From Candidatus Cloacimonadota bacterium (lineage in GTDB: Bacteria; Cloacimonadota; Cloacimonadia; G963667145): a stretch of 64,000 nucleotides of DNA. Below the pieces are notes generated by a model that searched no databases, was not told the origin of the DNA, and saw nothing but the letters and a program-made list of their open reading frames with translations. Positions 48,844-57,444 of the stretch are shown here, one piece after another; the first letter of the stretch is position 1, and every line of letters starts with the position of its first letter. The position numbers and the translations under genes were made by a program. The stretch is taken from positions 544,001-608,000 of the forward strand of contig OY762940.1 in the NCBI GenBank assembly GCA_963667255.1, read 5' to 3'.

Positions 48844-48892
48844 ATTTTTTCAAGTAATTAACAATGCTATTGTTGAAAAGTTGTCGGTTCTA

Positions 48893-48907
48893 AGCATGAA
48901 CGCTAAC
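48893..48907 (-). other. attC-like core site upstream of the methyltransferase
   Basis: Minus strand reads GTTAGCGTTCATGCT; inverted match to 46824-46839. Confidence 0.6.
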
Positions 48908-48974
48908 ATCTGTATAAACTCAATGGTATTTATCCTTTCAAATTGGCATGCTAAGCGCAATTACATTTAGTTTT

Positions 48975-49065
48975 CTTTATATTTATTTCAAAATTTATTT
49001 GAGGCTAAAAATCCAAGAATATATGTCAAGCCAAAAATCTCAAATCCTAGATAAGCTCTCTAAAA
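48975..49065 (-). repeat. Direct repeat P, copy 1 (contains a minus-strand TTGACA)
   Basis: 57-bp and 27-bp exact blocks shared with 50977-51068. Confidence 0.95.
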
Positions 49066-49094
49066 CTTTTCCCGAAGATAGGGATTTCAGTATA

Positions 49095-49148
49095 CAAATC
49101 AACCCAAGAGTTGGCGGAAGAGGTGCAAAAGGTTGTGGAGAAGGGGTT
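49095..49148 (+). repeat. Direct repeat A, copy 2 (orphan copy of the plsC 3' end)
   Basis: CAAATCAACCCAAGAGTTGGCGGAAGAGGTGCAAAAGGTTGTGGAGAAGGGGTT. Confidence 0.95.
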
Positions 49149-49217
49149 AATTTTAAGTGAAGTTTCCCAATCCCCTATTTCAGTTTTGTAGAGTTTGCAA
49201 AGAATACTTTGAAGAAT

Positions 49218-50696
49218 TTATTCTAAATAGATAATGCGGTCAGCAAGAGCAATAATTTCATCATTCTTTGGAGCAAGTTGTGCATCATTATTTTCTGCGA
49301 TGAAACCAATTATGTTAATATCTTGGTCAATTTGATATTGTTTCAATTCTTTAAATTTAACTGGCTCTTTAAATCCAAAATGTTCTAACTTATTTTCTTT
49401 GATGACACGCCCATCTAAATTCAACATTTCATAAAGCAAAGGAGAAATATAAGGATGTCTAATACAATTTGAAATCAAATTTGCATCAATAGATTCTTTG
49501 TATATGATTTCATCACCTTTTATTTTGTCTCTTATTATTTCAGAATTTTCTTGGTTAATTATTTCTGCAATTGTATGGACATTTTTATTTTCTTGTTCAA
49601 TATTAAAAACTGTTAGTACAGTTCGCATATCAACATTTTTTTGGGGTTCATTTCCTTGATACTCTGCAAATATAACAGCAAGGCTACAGTCACAAATATT
49701 AACTTTTCTCAATGTATCAATACTTGAATAATCGCCATTAAAATAAATAATTCCATTTAAGCTTGGGTTTTCTTTTTCAGTTACTAAAACAATTCTTTTA
49801 GAATAGAGTTTCTTGTTTTTCAATATTTCTTCGATTACTTTTGAAGTGGAGGATGTATATCCGCAAAGAACAATATGGTCTTTAATAGTTAGTTTCCCAA
49901 GTTTTCCTTTTTTAATGTTACTCATAATCTCTCCCGATTTAGTTGATATAGTAGAAATAAAAAAACTAATAAACGAAATATTTGCAATCAAAGTAAATGA
50001 AGAAAAAATTTTGCCCATTACAGTAGTTGGGGCATCATCACATATCCCAACAAGTTTCAATGTATAATTTAAATAGTGAAAGTAAGAATTTGCATTACCT
50101 ACCTGTGATTCTGACAAAAATAGTGCAAATGAATTAATTATTACAATAAATAATGTTCCCAGTAAGAGAATAGCTATCAAAAAGTAGGATTCTTTGAAAC
50201 TCCTTACTAAAATAGAAATATTTGAAAAAGATTTTTTTACTTTTAATAGTCTAATAAATTTTAAAAATTTAATAAACCTTAATAATCTACAGGTTCTAAA
50301 AAATCGAAGAAACCGAATAATTGGAATAAGAGAAACTAAATCGATAATTGGAAAGGGAGATAAAATCCATTTAACTTTATTTGTAATAGCATAGATTATA
50401 GAACCATCTTCGTCTTTTATATCTTCTATGAAATCGGAAGAAATATAAAAGCGAGTTAGATATTCAATAGCAAAGAATACTGTTAAGGAAGTATCTATAT
50501 TGAATAAATAATTCGGTAAGTTTAAATCTGAAAAAAATAATTCAAAAAATGTAGAAATAACAGAAATAAAAATAATAAGGAGCAAAATTAAATCTACATA
50601 TACTCTTTTGGAATTATTTTCACTCTCTAACCACCAGTAAAGAAAGCCCTTTAATCCTTTTTGCTGTTTTTCCGCATATCTATCTAATTTTGACAT
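49218..50696 (-). CDS. 6-TM voltage-sensor ion channel with a C-terminal TrkA-N/RCK domain and an atypical pore
   Basis: F.IEY..R, IIDL.S.IP, S4-like RFLRFFRTCRLLR, DHIVLCGY, GD....TL.K.NI, D.RTVL, HTIAEI. Confidence 0.88.
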   Translation of the reverse strand: MSKLDRYAEKQQKGLKGFLYWWLESENNSKRVYVDLILLLIIFISVISTFFELFFSDLNLPNYLFNIDTSLTVFFAIEYLTRFYISSDFIEDIKDEDGSIIYAITNKVKWILSPFPIIDLVSLIPIIRFLRFFRTCRLLRFIKFLKFIRLLKVKKSFSNISILVRSFKESYFLIAILLLGTLFIVIINSFALFLSESQVGNANSYFHYLNYTLKLVGICDDAPTTVMGKIFSSFTLIANISFISFFISTISTKSGEIMSNIKKGKLGKLTIKDHIVLCGYTSSTSKVIEEILKNKKLYSKRIVLVTEKENPSLNGIIYFNGDYSSIDTLRKVNICDCSLAVIFAEYQGNEPQKNVDMRTVLTVFNIEQENKNVHTIAEIINQENSEIIRDKIKGDEIIYKESIDANLISNCIRHPYISPLLYEMLNLDGRVIKENKLEHFGFKEPVKFKELKQYQIDQDINIIGFIAENNDAQLAPKNDEIIALADRIIYLE

Positions 50697-50705
50697 TTAC
50701 TATTT

Positions 50706-50966
50706 TTAATAAAGTCCAATAATTTTACCAATAATAACGGGAATAGGTTGGTCATTTCGGTCGTAGGTGTTTGAAGAGTTAGCTCCAGATTTTGGTTTTA
50801 CATGTGTTGCAGATACTTCCCAAGAATTTGAAGATGATGCTCCTGAGCGTGGTTTGATTTTCTTGCCGTCAAATTCCCAAGAATTTGATAGCAAGGCACC
50901 GCTTTTTGGTTTTAATTTTTTGCCGTCCCACAGCCAATCGCGTGGTAACTCAATTTTGTTAGCCAT
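50706..50966 (-). CDS. 86-aa protein with three 19-aa repeats
   Basis: W..DGKK.KP.SGA..SNS-type unit x3; AAGGA RBS; stop 9 bp before the channel start. Confidence 0.8.
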   Translation of the reverse strand: MANKIELPRDWLWDGKKLKPKSGALLSNSWEFDGKKIKPRSGASSSNSWEVSATHVKPKSGANSSNTYDRNDQPIPVIIGKIIGLY

Positions 50967-50976
50967 AAAATTTTTC

Positions 50977-51068
50977 CTTTATATTTATTTCAAAATTTAT
51001 TTGAGGCTAAAAATCCAAGAATATATGTCAAGCAATAAGTCCTCAAATCCTAGATAAGCTCTCTAAAA
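50977..51068 (-). repeat. Direct repeat P, copy 2; putative promoter/leader of the small protein-channel operon
   Basis: Matches 48975-49065; TTGACA on the minus strand; runs into the RBS and ATG at 50966. Confidence 0.9.
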
Positions 51069-51078
51069 TTTTTTCTAT

Positions 51079-52041
51079 CTATGAAGGGCGATATCTATAT
51101 TTGGTTAATCTTTTCTCGCCTATTTTTATTAAGATTTTATTTTCGACTGCATTTTTCAGGTCGCGACTCGCTGTTGCAGAAGAAATATCTTTATTATGTC
51201 TCATATAATCTTGACGCGAAAATTCATTGTTGCCAATAAAACTTTTGAATAATTCTATTCTATCTTTATCTGTTGGGCTCAATTGTTGGGTTCTCAACAA
51301 ATCTTCAAGAGCGAAGTTAATGATTTCTAACATAAATTCTATAAAAAGGGTAGATTCTCCTAAGCTATTAGATTTTCCAAGAACATTGTAATAGTTCTGT
51401 TGTTTTTCTTTTATCAAAGTTTCAATTGGTAAAAATTCAAATACTGGGGAATACTCTTTTAAAATCACTGTTTGCCATAGTCTTCCCATTCTTCCGTTTC
51501 CATCAATGAATGGATGGATGAATTCAAATTCGTAATGAAACACGCAACTCTTTATCAAGATAATGTCATTGTCGTTTTTTAAATAATCGAATAGATTTTT
51601 TAGTAAAGGGTAAACCATATCTCCAGGAGGAGCCAGATGTGCTAATTGATTTCCTTTTAAAATCCCAACTGCCGTATTTCTTATATTGCCAGCATTATCA
51701 ACGAGGTTATTCATCAGAATTTTGTGAGCCGAACAAAGTGACTTCATATCATAAACTTTGAATTTATTTAGATTTTTGTAAACATTGATGGCATTTTTTA
51801 CCTCTATAATATCTTTTTCAGGGGCTAAAACTTTTTTGTTGTCTAATAAATCCGTTATTTGCTCAATAGTCAGAGTGTTCCCTTCGATTTCTAAAGATGC
51901 TTGAATTGTTTTAATTCTGTTCTTTTTTCTAAGTTCTGTAGGGGGCTTTGTAAGACGAGCAGCCTTTATTTCTCCAATTTTTTCCGAAATGGAAGAGATT
52001 AAATTTAAAATTTTGTTTGTTATTTTATAAGGAGGTTTCAT
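51079..52041 (-). CDS. Fic-family protein with a C-terminal winged HTH
   Basis: HPFIDGNGRMGR catalytic motif, N-terminal SLEIEGN inhibitory motif, IS.ATASRDL HTH. Confidence 0.93.
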   Translation of the reverse strand: MKPPYKITNKILNLISSISEKIGEIKAARLTKPPTELRKKNRIKTIQASLEIEGNTLTIEQITDLLDNKKVLAPEKDIIEVKNAINVYKNLNKFKVYDMKSLCSAHKILMNNLVDNAGNIRNTAVGILKGNQLAHLAPPGDMVYPLLKNLFDYLKNDNDIILIKSCVFHYEFEFIHPFIDGNGRMGRLWQTVILKEYSPVFEFLPIETLIKEKQQNYYNVLGKSNSLGESTLFIEFMLEIINFALEDLLRTQQLSPTDKDRIELFKSFIGNNEFSRQDYMRHNKDISSATASRDLKNAVENKILIKIGEKRLTKYRYRPS

Positions 52042-52052
52042 TTTTCCAAGTA

Positions 52053-52080
52053 AGTGATAGTATCATATGATACCATCACT
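52053..52080. promoter_or_regulatory. 28-bp near-perfect palindrome upstream of fic (putative operator)
   Basis: AGTGATAGTATCATATGATACCATCACT with one mismatched pair, 11 bp before the ATG. Confidence 0.7.
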
Positions 52081-52318
52081 CGTCACTAATTGTTTTGATT
52101 TTTTCATTTTAATTGCTCTATATACCCTTTATTTAATCTATAGTAAAAAATTATGGCTATTGGTCAAGCAAAAACAAGTTGATAGTGTTAAAAATTCAAA
52201 GTAATTTTTCGTCTAAATTTTAATCAGCAAATCTTATTTCCTCTTGCTAATCACGCTGTTTCCCACAATCAATAAAAAAAAGACTTGCTTGGATGAACCG
52301 TGCTAATTTCCTGTCTCT

Positions 52319-52723
52319 ATGTTGAGAAATTATAAAGCGATTATAAAGAAATTTTCTCTGCTCTGCAGGTGCTTTGCCCTTATGTTTATGCTCATTGGGT
52401 GTAAGCCTGCTCCTGTATCCGGTGAGGCGATAAAACTGGATATTGTCAATGGTTGCGGGCAGATAGACGCCGCTATCCAGTTCAAGGAGGTCGTCCCTAC
52501 CGATAAGCTTATGGTTCTCTCCATCAGTAACGCTTCCAATTTTAATTACGACAAGACGATTATCGTCAGTCATACGGAAGACAAGGTGGAGATTAATATA
52601 GTGAAAACTTTGCTCAAAATCGATGAAGTGGTGGTTATAATTGACACGGTGAGTGTTACGAAATTCACGGTTTACTTGGGTAACGATTATAAAAAAATTA
52701 TAGAAAGGATTAGAAATGACTGA
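52319..52723 (+). CDS. LytR C-terminal domain protein (putative lipoprotein)
   Basis: LIGC lipobox; IVNGCG, NA.NFNY.KT.I, V.LG.DY. Confidence 0.8.
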   Translation: MLRNYKAIIKKFSLLCRCFALMFMLIGCKPAPVSGEAIKLDIVNGCGQIDAAIQFKEVVPTDKLMVLSISNASNFNYDKTIIVSHTEDKVEINIVKTLLKIDEVVVIIDTVSVTKFTVYLGNDYKKIIERIRND

Positions 52724-53027
52724 AAAATTAGTGTTGTGGTTGGATGAAATGAAGGCTATTGATATCAAACAATACGACCTAAGACAAAAGGTTTCTTATG
52801 CGGATATGGTGGTGGTGTGCACTGCCAAAAACGAAAATCATGCGAAAGCGATTGCCGAGTATCTTTTGGAGAAGTCGAAAGAGTCCGGTATAGCGATATT
52901 TAATAAAGAAGGGTTTGGCTCCAAATGGGTGCTGTTGGATTATTCGGAAGTGATAGTGCACATCTTCTTGGAGGAGACCAGAAAATATTACGATTTAGAG
53001 AATTTTTGGAGTGGGACGAATGATTAA
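52716..53027 (+). CDS. rsfS: Ribosome silencing factor
   Basis: KA.DI..YDL, D..VVCTA, EG...WVLLDY..VIVHIF..ETR.YYDLE.FW. Confidence 0.95.
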   Translation: MTEKLVLWLDEMKAIDIKQYDLRQKVSYADMVVVCTAKNENHAKAIAEYLLEKSKESGIAIFNKEGFGSKWVLLDYSEVIVHIFLEETRKYYDLENFWSGTND

Positions 53028-54660
53028 AGAGATAATTGCTCAAGATTTGTTGGAATGCTTGCAGGGGCTAAAAATAGAGCCGAAAAAGGTGCTGGTGCTG
53101 GATGCTGACCCCAAATTTGGCGACTATAGCTCCAATGTGGCTATGGTGCATGCGAAAAGTGCCGGAATGACGATTGATGAACTTGCTGACAAGATAGTTG
53201 CGAAAATGAAAAAGAGCAAATATTATAAGAAAGTCGAACTTGCTAAGGGTGGCTTTATCAATTTTGTTTTGGATAGCAAGATTTATCACAATGCTTTGAT
53301 TGAAGTGGAGAAGAGCAATTTTGCAGGACTGAATTATGGTCAGGGCAAGAAAGTTTTGGTGGAATTCGTCAGTGCAAATCCGACCGGTCCATTGAACATC
53401 GTGAGTGCCAGAGCCGCTTCTTACGGGGACACTCTTTGTTCCGTGATGAATTTCATCGGATACGAAGCCACCAGAGAGTTCTATGTCAACGATTACGGCA
53501 ACCAAATAGACATCTTGGCTGAGTCGATAGAGATTCGCTACAAGGAAATCTTGAGTGGTGTTGAGCAGGAATTTCCTATTGAGGCTTACCACGGCGAGTA
53601 TGTGAAAGATATTGCCCAAAAAATTGTGGATATTGAGGGCTCGAAACTCCTTTCTTTTTCCAACGAAGACCGCGAACGCCGTATCAAAAAATTTGCTCTT
53701 TATGAGATGATGAAGTCGCAAAGAAACTCTCTGACCGCTTTTCGTGTGGAGTTTGACAATTGGGTGTCCGAGAAGGCTCTGCGAGAGGACAATATGGTGG
53801 AGGAAGCTCTCAGCTATCTCTCCGAAGCGGGTTACACTTACGAGAGAGACGAAGCTGTTTGGTTCAAGTCCACTATCTTTGGGGACGAAAAGGATAGAAT
53901 TTTGATGAAGTCCGATGGGAACACCACTTACTTTGTGCCGGATATTGGCTACCATATCAACAAATATCAAAGAGGTTATGACATCCTAATAGATGTGCTT
54001 GGTCCTGACCATCACGGCTATCTGAAGAGAATGGAAGCGGCGATGAAAGCTATCGGATACCCTACGGAGAAGTTGGAGTTTATTATCTTGCAACAGGTAA
54101 ATCTCTATGAAGGCAATGAGTTAATCAAGATGAGCAAGCGAGATGGCAAGATTATCAAGATGGATGAGTTGATAAAAGAGGTTGGCACGGATGCCGCCAG
54201 ATTTTTCTTCTTAGACCGCAAAATCTCTTCGCATGTCAATTTCGATATGGAGTTGGCGAAGAAGAAAAGCAACGATAATCCTGTTTACTATTGCCAATAC
54301 GCACACGCTCGGATTGCCAGTCTCATCAAGAAAGCTAAGAAAGAGAAGATTCTTTTGAACAAGTTCAAAAAAGAGGATTTGTTAAAACTGACGGGGAAGC
54401 AAGAGATATCTTTGATGAAGAAGATTTTGCAATTTCCGGAGATTTTGGATGCCGTGGCGACTACTCGCGAGCCGAACAAATTGACTAATTACACCTACGA
54501 TTTGGCAGGGTTGTATCACAAATATTACGGCTCCAGTAAGATGATAAATAATGAGAAGCCGGAGCTCACAATCGCAAGGCTTTATCTGTCTTCATGTGTG
54601 AAAATGACTTTGGGGAAAGCTTTGGAATTGATGGGTATTTCCGCTCCTGAAAAAATGTAA
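53020..54660 (+). CDS. argS: Arginine--tRNA ligase
   Basis: GDYSSN.A, EFVSANPTGPL, EFYVND.GNQ, KMSKR.G, NPVYYCQYAHAR, GISAPEKM. Confidence 0.97.
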   Translation: MIKEIIAQDLLECLQGLKIEPKKVLVLDADPKFGDYSSNVAMVHAKSAGMTIDELADKIVAKMKKSKYYKKVELAKGGFINFVLDSKIYHNALIEVEKSNFAGLNYGQGKKVLVEFVSANPTGPLNIVSARAASYGDTLCSVMNFIGYEATREFYVNDYGNQIDILAESIEIRYKEILSGVEQEFPIEAYHGEYVKDIAQKIVDIEGSKLLSFSNEDRERRIKKFALYEMMKSQRNSLTAFRVEFDNWVSEKALREDNMVEEALSYLSEAGYTYERDEAVWFKSTIFGDEKDRILMKSDGNTTYFVPDIGYHINKYQRGYDILIDVLGPDHHGYLKRMEAAMKAIGYPTEKLEFIILQQVNLYEGNELIKMSKRDGKIIKMDELIKEVGTDAARFFFLDRKISSHVNFDMELAKKKSNDNPVYYCQYAHARIASLIKKAKKEKILLNKFKKEDLLKLTGKQEISLMKKILQFPEILDAVATTREPNKLTNYTYDLAGLYHKYYGSSKMINNEKPELTIARLYLSSCVKMTLGKALELMGISAPEKM

Positions 54661-54682
54661 ATAAATTTTTAGAGAGGAAGTC

Positions 54683-55912
54683 ATGAAAAAAAAATCTTTG
54701 TCATGGGTGAGAGGTAAATTGGCAAAAAGTGATTTGCCACGCAAAATGTTTCCGATAGAGGTTGCCAGAGAAGCGAGGAAGTTTCACAGGCAAATCCCCG
54801 GATACAGCATTTCGCCTCTTAGATCTTTGCAAAATTTGGCTCAAATGTTTGGTGTTGGTGGTATTTGGACTAAGGACGAGGCTGTTCGCTTGGAGTTGAA
54901 CTCTTTTAAGGTTTTGGGCGGTTCGTTTGCTATTTATCAATTTGTGAAAGAGAAGTTGGGCATCGATGAGGCTAAAATGAGTTACGAATTTCTTATCTCC
55001 GATGAGGTTAAGAAGAAACTCGGAACGATAACTTTTGCTTCTGCTACAGATGGCAATCATGGGCGAGGTGTTGCTTGGGCTGCCAAGAAACTTGGTCACA
55101 AATGTGAAATCTATGTGCATGCTGGAACTTCGCAAAGACGAATTGACGCTATAAAAGGTTATGGTGCTAATGTTACCGTCATCAGCGGAAACTATGATAA
55201 AGCAGTTAGGCAATGTATGAAGGATGCCGAGAAGAACGGTTGGGAGGTAATCTCCGACACTTCATGGGACGGTTACGAAGCTGTTCCCACTTGGATTATG
55301 CAAGGCTATACCACGATGATGAGTGAGATACAGGAGCAGTTCTCCGCTCAAGGCATCATCAAGCCGACTCATATTTTCGTGCAAGCAGGAGTTGGTGCTT
55401 TGGCTTGTGCGGTTATCGGTTTTTACAACAGCTTATTTCCCGATGACCCACCTATTTCCGTGGTCGTTGAGCCGGATAACGCAGCTTGCCTTTACTATTC
55501 CGCCAAGGTTGGCGACGGTTTGCCTCACACTGTGGACGGTTCTCTTTCCACGATTATGGCAGGTTTGGCTTGCGGAGAGCCCAGTCCGATAGCTTGGGAT
55601 TTGTTGAAAGACCATGTAAACGGATTTTTGTCTTGTCCCGATTATATTGCGGCTAAAGGGATGCGGATTTACGCTACTCCGCTGAAAGGCGACCCGTTCA
55701 TCGTTTCGGGTGAGTCTGGAGCGGTTACGCTTGGAGCGTTGATTACTATCCTCAAGGAGAAAGATTTTGTGAAATTGAAATCCGAATTGAAATTGGATGA
55801 GAACTCTCAGATTCTTTTGATAAACACCGAGGGGAACACCGACCCTGTTTTGTTCCGTCAAGTGATATGGGAAGGAGCAAATCCTGTGCCGAGTGACCAC
55901 TGGACTGAGTAG
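54683..55912 (+). CDS. dpaL: Diaminopropionate ammonia-lyase
   Basis: KDE..R..LNSFKVLGG, ATDGNHGRG, SDTSW.GY, QAGVG, TIMAGLACGEP, SGESGA, TEG.TDP. Confidence 0.93.
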   Translation: MKKKSLSWVRGKLAKSDLPRKMFPIEVAREARKFHRQIPGYSISPLRSLQNLAQMFGVGGIWTKDEAVRLELNSFKVLGGSFAIYQFVKEKLGIDEAKMSYEFLISDEVKKKLGTITFASATDGNHGRGVAWAAKKLGHKCEIYVHAGTSQRRIDAIKGYGANVTVISGNYDKAVRQCMKDAEKNGWEVISDTSWDGYEAVPTWIMQGYTTMMSEIQEQFSAQGIIKPTHIFVQAGVGALACAVIGFYNSLFPDDPPISVVVEPDNAACLYYSAKVGDGLPHTVDGSLSTIMAGLACGEPSPIAWDLLKDHVNGFLSCPDYIAAKGMRIYATPLKGDPFIVSGESGAVTLGALITILKEKDFVKLKSELKLDENSQILLINTEGNTDPVLFRQVIWEGANPVPSDHWTE

Positions 55913-55922
55913 AGCTTTTTTG

Positions 55923-55963
55923 AAAAAAACTTCTTTGCTTTAAAAAGGTGAAGAAGTTTTTTT
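55923..55963 (+). terminator. Possible terminator after dpaL
   Basis: AAAAAAACTTCTT...AAGAAGTTTTTTT inverted repeat with an AT-rich stem. Confidence 0.45.
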
Positions 55964-56009
55964 ATTTAAAGTGTATTCCCACTGTTAGTTTTGAGATTTG
56001 GTAAAAGAG

Positions 56010-56779
56010 ATGATTGAAAATTATTATGATAGCAGGTTTGAGTTAGGGCATTTTGAGATGAATGAATTAGGGATAGCATCTCCGGTTACGATGTTGACAC
56101 TTTTGGAGGAAACAGCAGCCGACCACTGTCTTTTTGCTGGTCATGGCTTATATGAATTGGAAAGTCAAAAAATAGGCTGGGTTTTAATTTCCGGCTTTCT
56201 TCAAATGGATAGATACCCTCGCTATAAAGAGAAAATCGTTATTCGAACTTGGATATCCAGCTATACCTCTATCAAGGGTTTTCGAGAAAACATAATATAC
56301 GATGAAAGTAACAACATTTTGGGAAGAGGGAAAAGTATTTGGGTTTTTTTTGATATTGAGAAAAGGAGACCGACAAGAATCTTTGAAGATATTAAAACCA
56401 AATGGTCATCTTGCAGTGTGGAAAGTATTGATAAGGACATTTCCAGAAGATTGCGGGAGTTGAGGATTTTGATTGGTCAAAGCAGTTCAAGGTTAACAGA
56501 TACGATACGGATATTTACGGACATCTGAATAATATTCGATATTTGCAATGGGTAGTCGAATCGATACCGGAAGAAATCTATATTAATCACTATTTATATT
56601 CAATTGATGGCAGATTTACTGCCGAGGCACAACTTGGGCAAACAGTTGTATCGCTGACCAAAAATGAATCTGTGAGAAATCTCAACGATGACAAAATGTT
56701 TTCTCATACAATAAAAATTTCCACAGAGGATAAAATTTGTGCGACTGCTAAAACTGTTTGGAAGAAAATAAAAGCATAA
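56010..56779 (+). pseudogene. Acyl-ACP thioesterase split by a frameshift near 56445
   Basis: First hotdog domain in one frame; from ~56447 another frame reads KIAGVEDFDWSKQFKVNRYDTDIYGHLNNIRYLQW, the conserved D.D..GH.NN..Y..W motif. Confidence 0.85.
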
Positions 56780-56832
56780 AAAACAACGATTTTAAAGATT
56801 TTTCGCCATTTTGGCGGGGAAGTTTTTTTTGT

Positions 56833-57444
56833 TCAAAATGAGCGAGCTTCCAGAGATTTGCTGAGTTTATCGGCGGTTTCCAAGCAGATTATCAGGAACG
56901 GATACAGCTTGTAGATTATTCGTTTGAATGGATTGAGGTTGTAGATTCTCGACTTTTGAGCCATTTCCAATTGTCTGTATTTGTGGAACACAATGGGAAT
57001 GAGAGAGAACACCACAAAGATTGTCAGGAAGATTGTCCGTTGCCACGGCTTATACCAGCAGAAAAAGGTAGCGACACTTCTCGCTATCTGATAGGGAGTG
57101 GTGCTGAACACAAAGAAGATGTTGATTATCAAGATGATAGTCAGGCGAGTTGTGTAAATCAGTGGCGATGCCAGTTGTGCAAAATCGAAATGCAGATAGT
57201 CGAGATTGAATAGTGAGCTGAGAAAGAAAATAGTTACGAAGAACGAGATAATCTGTTTCCAGCCGTTTATTCTCCACAAAAGTTTGGCAACGAGCAGGAT
57301 AGTTAGAGCCGCAAAAATTGCTTGAGTGCTTGCTTTGAAAAGCAGATAGGAGCTAAGCCCTATGAAGATAAGTTTCAGCAGAGACGGGATTTTGTGCAGA
57401 ATAGTAGGCTTCGAATTGTAGCAAAAGATTTTCATAAGAGCCAA
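56833..57444 (-). CDS. ECF transporter T component (EcfT/BioN-like)
   Basis: LHK.P...KL, TT.P.QI, AQKSR, LEARSF. Confidence 0.85.
   Translation of the reverse strand: MALMKIFCYNSKPTILHKIPSLLKLIFIGLSSYLLFKASTQAIFAALTILLVAKLLWRINGWKQIISFFVTIFFLSSLFNLDYLHFDFAQLASPLIYTTRLTIILIINIFFVFSTTPYQIARSVATFFCWYKPWQRTIFLTIFVVFSLIPIVFHKYRQLEMAQKSRIYNLNPFKRIIYKLYPFLIICLETADKLSKSLEARSF

Larger units (their letters stand above)
46738..52250. mobile_element. AT-rich accessory island with no integrase (R-M pair, channel module, Fic)
   Basis: Abrupt AT enrichment, all genes on the minus strand against plus-strand flanks, internal direct repeats, defence-type cargo. Confidence 0.75.

Noticed and set aside
46671..49148. 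plsC-tail duplication as prophage or ICE attL/attR
   Set aside because: The 2.4 kb between the copies holds no integrase or phage genes, and foreign DNA continues past the second copy.
48948..49160. 70-aa plus-strand ORF similar to the end of the 50767-51057 ORF (FLYIYFKIYLRLKIQEYMSS)
   Set aside because: The similarity is just translation of non-coding repeat P; no RBS; the second ORF is antisense to the 86-aa gene.
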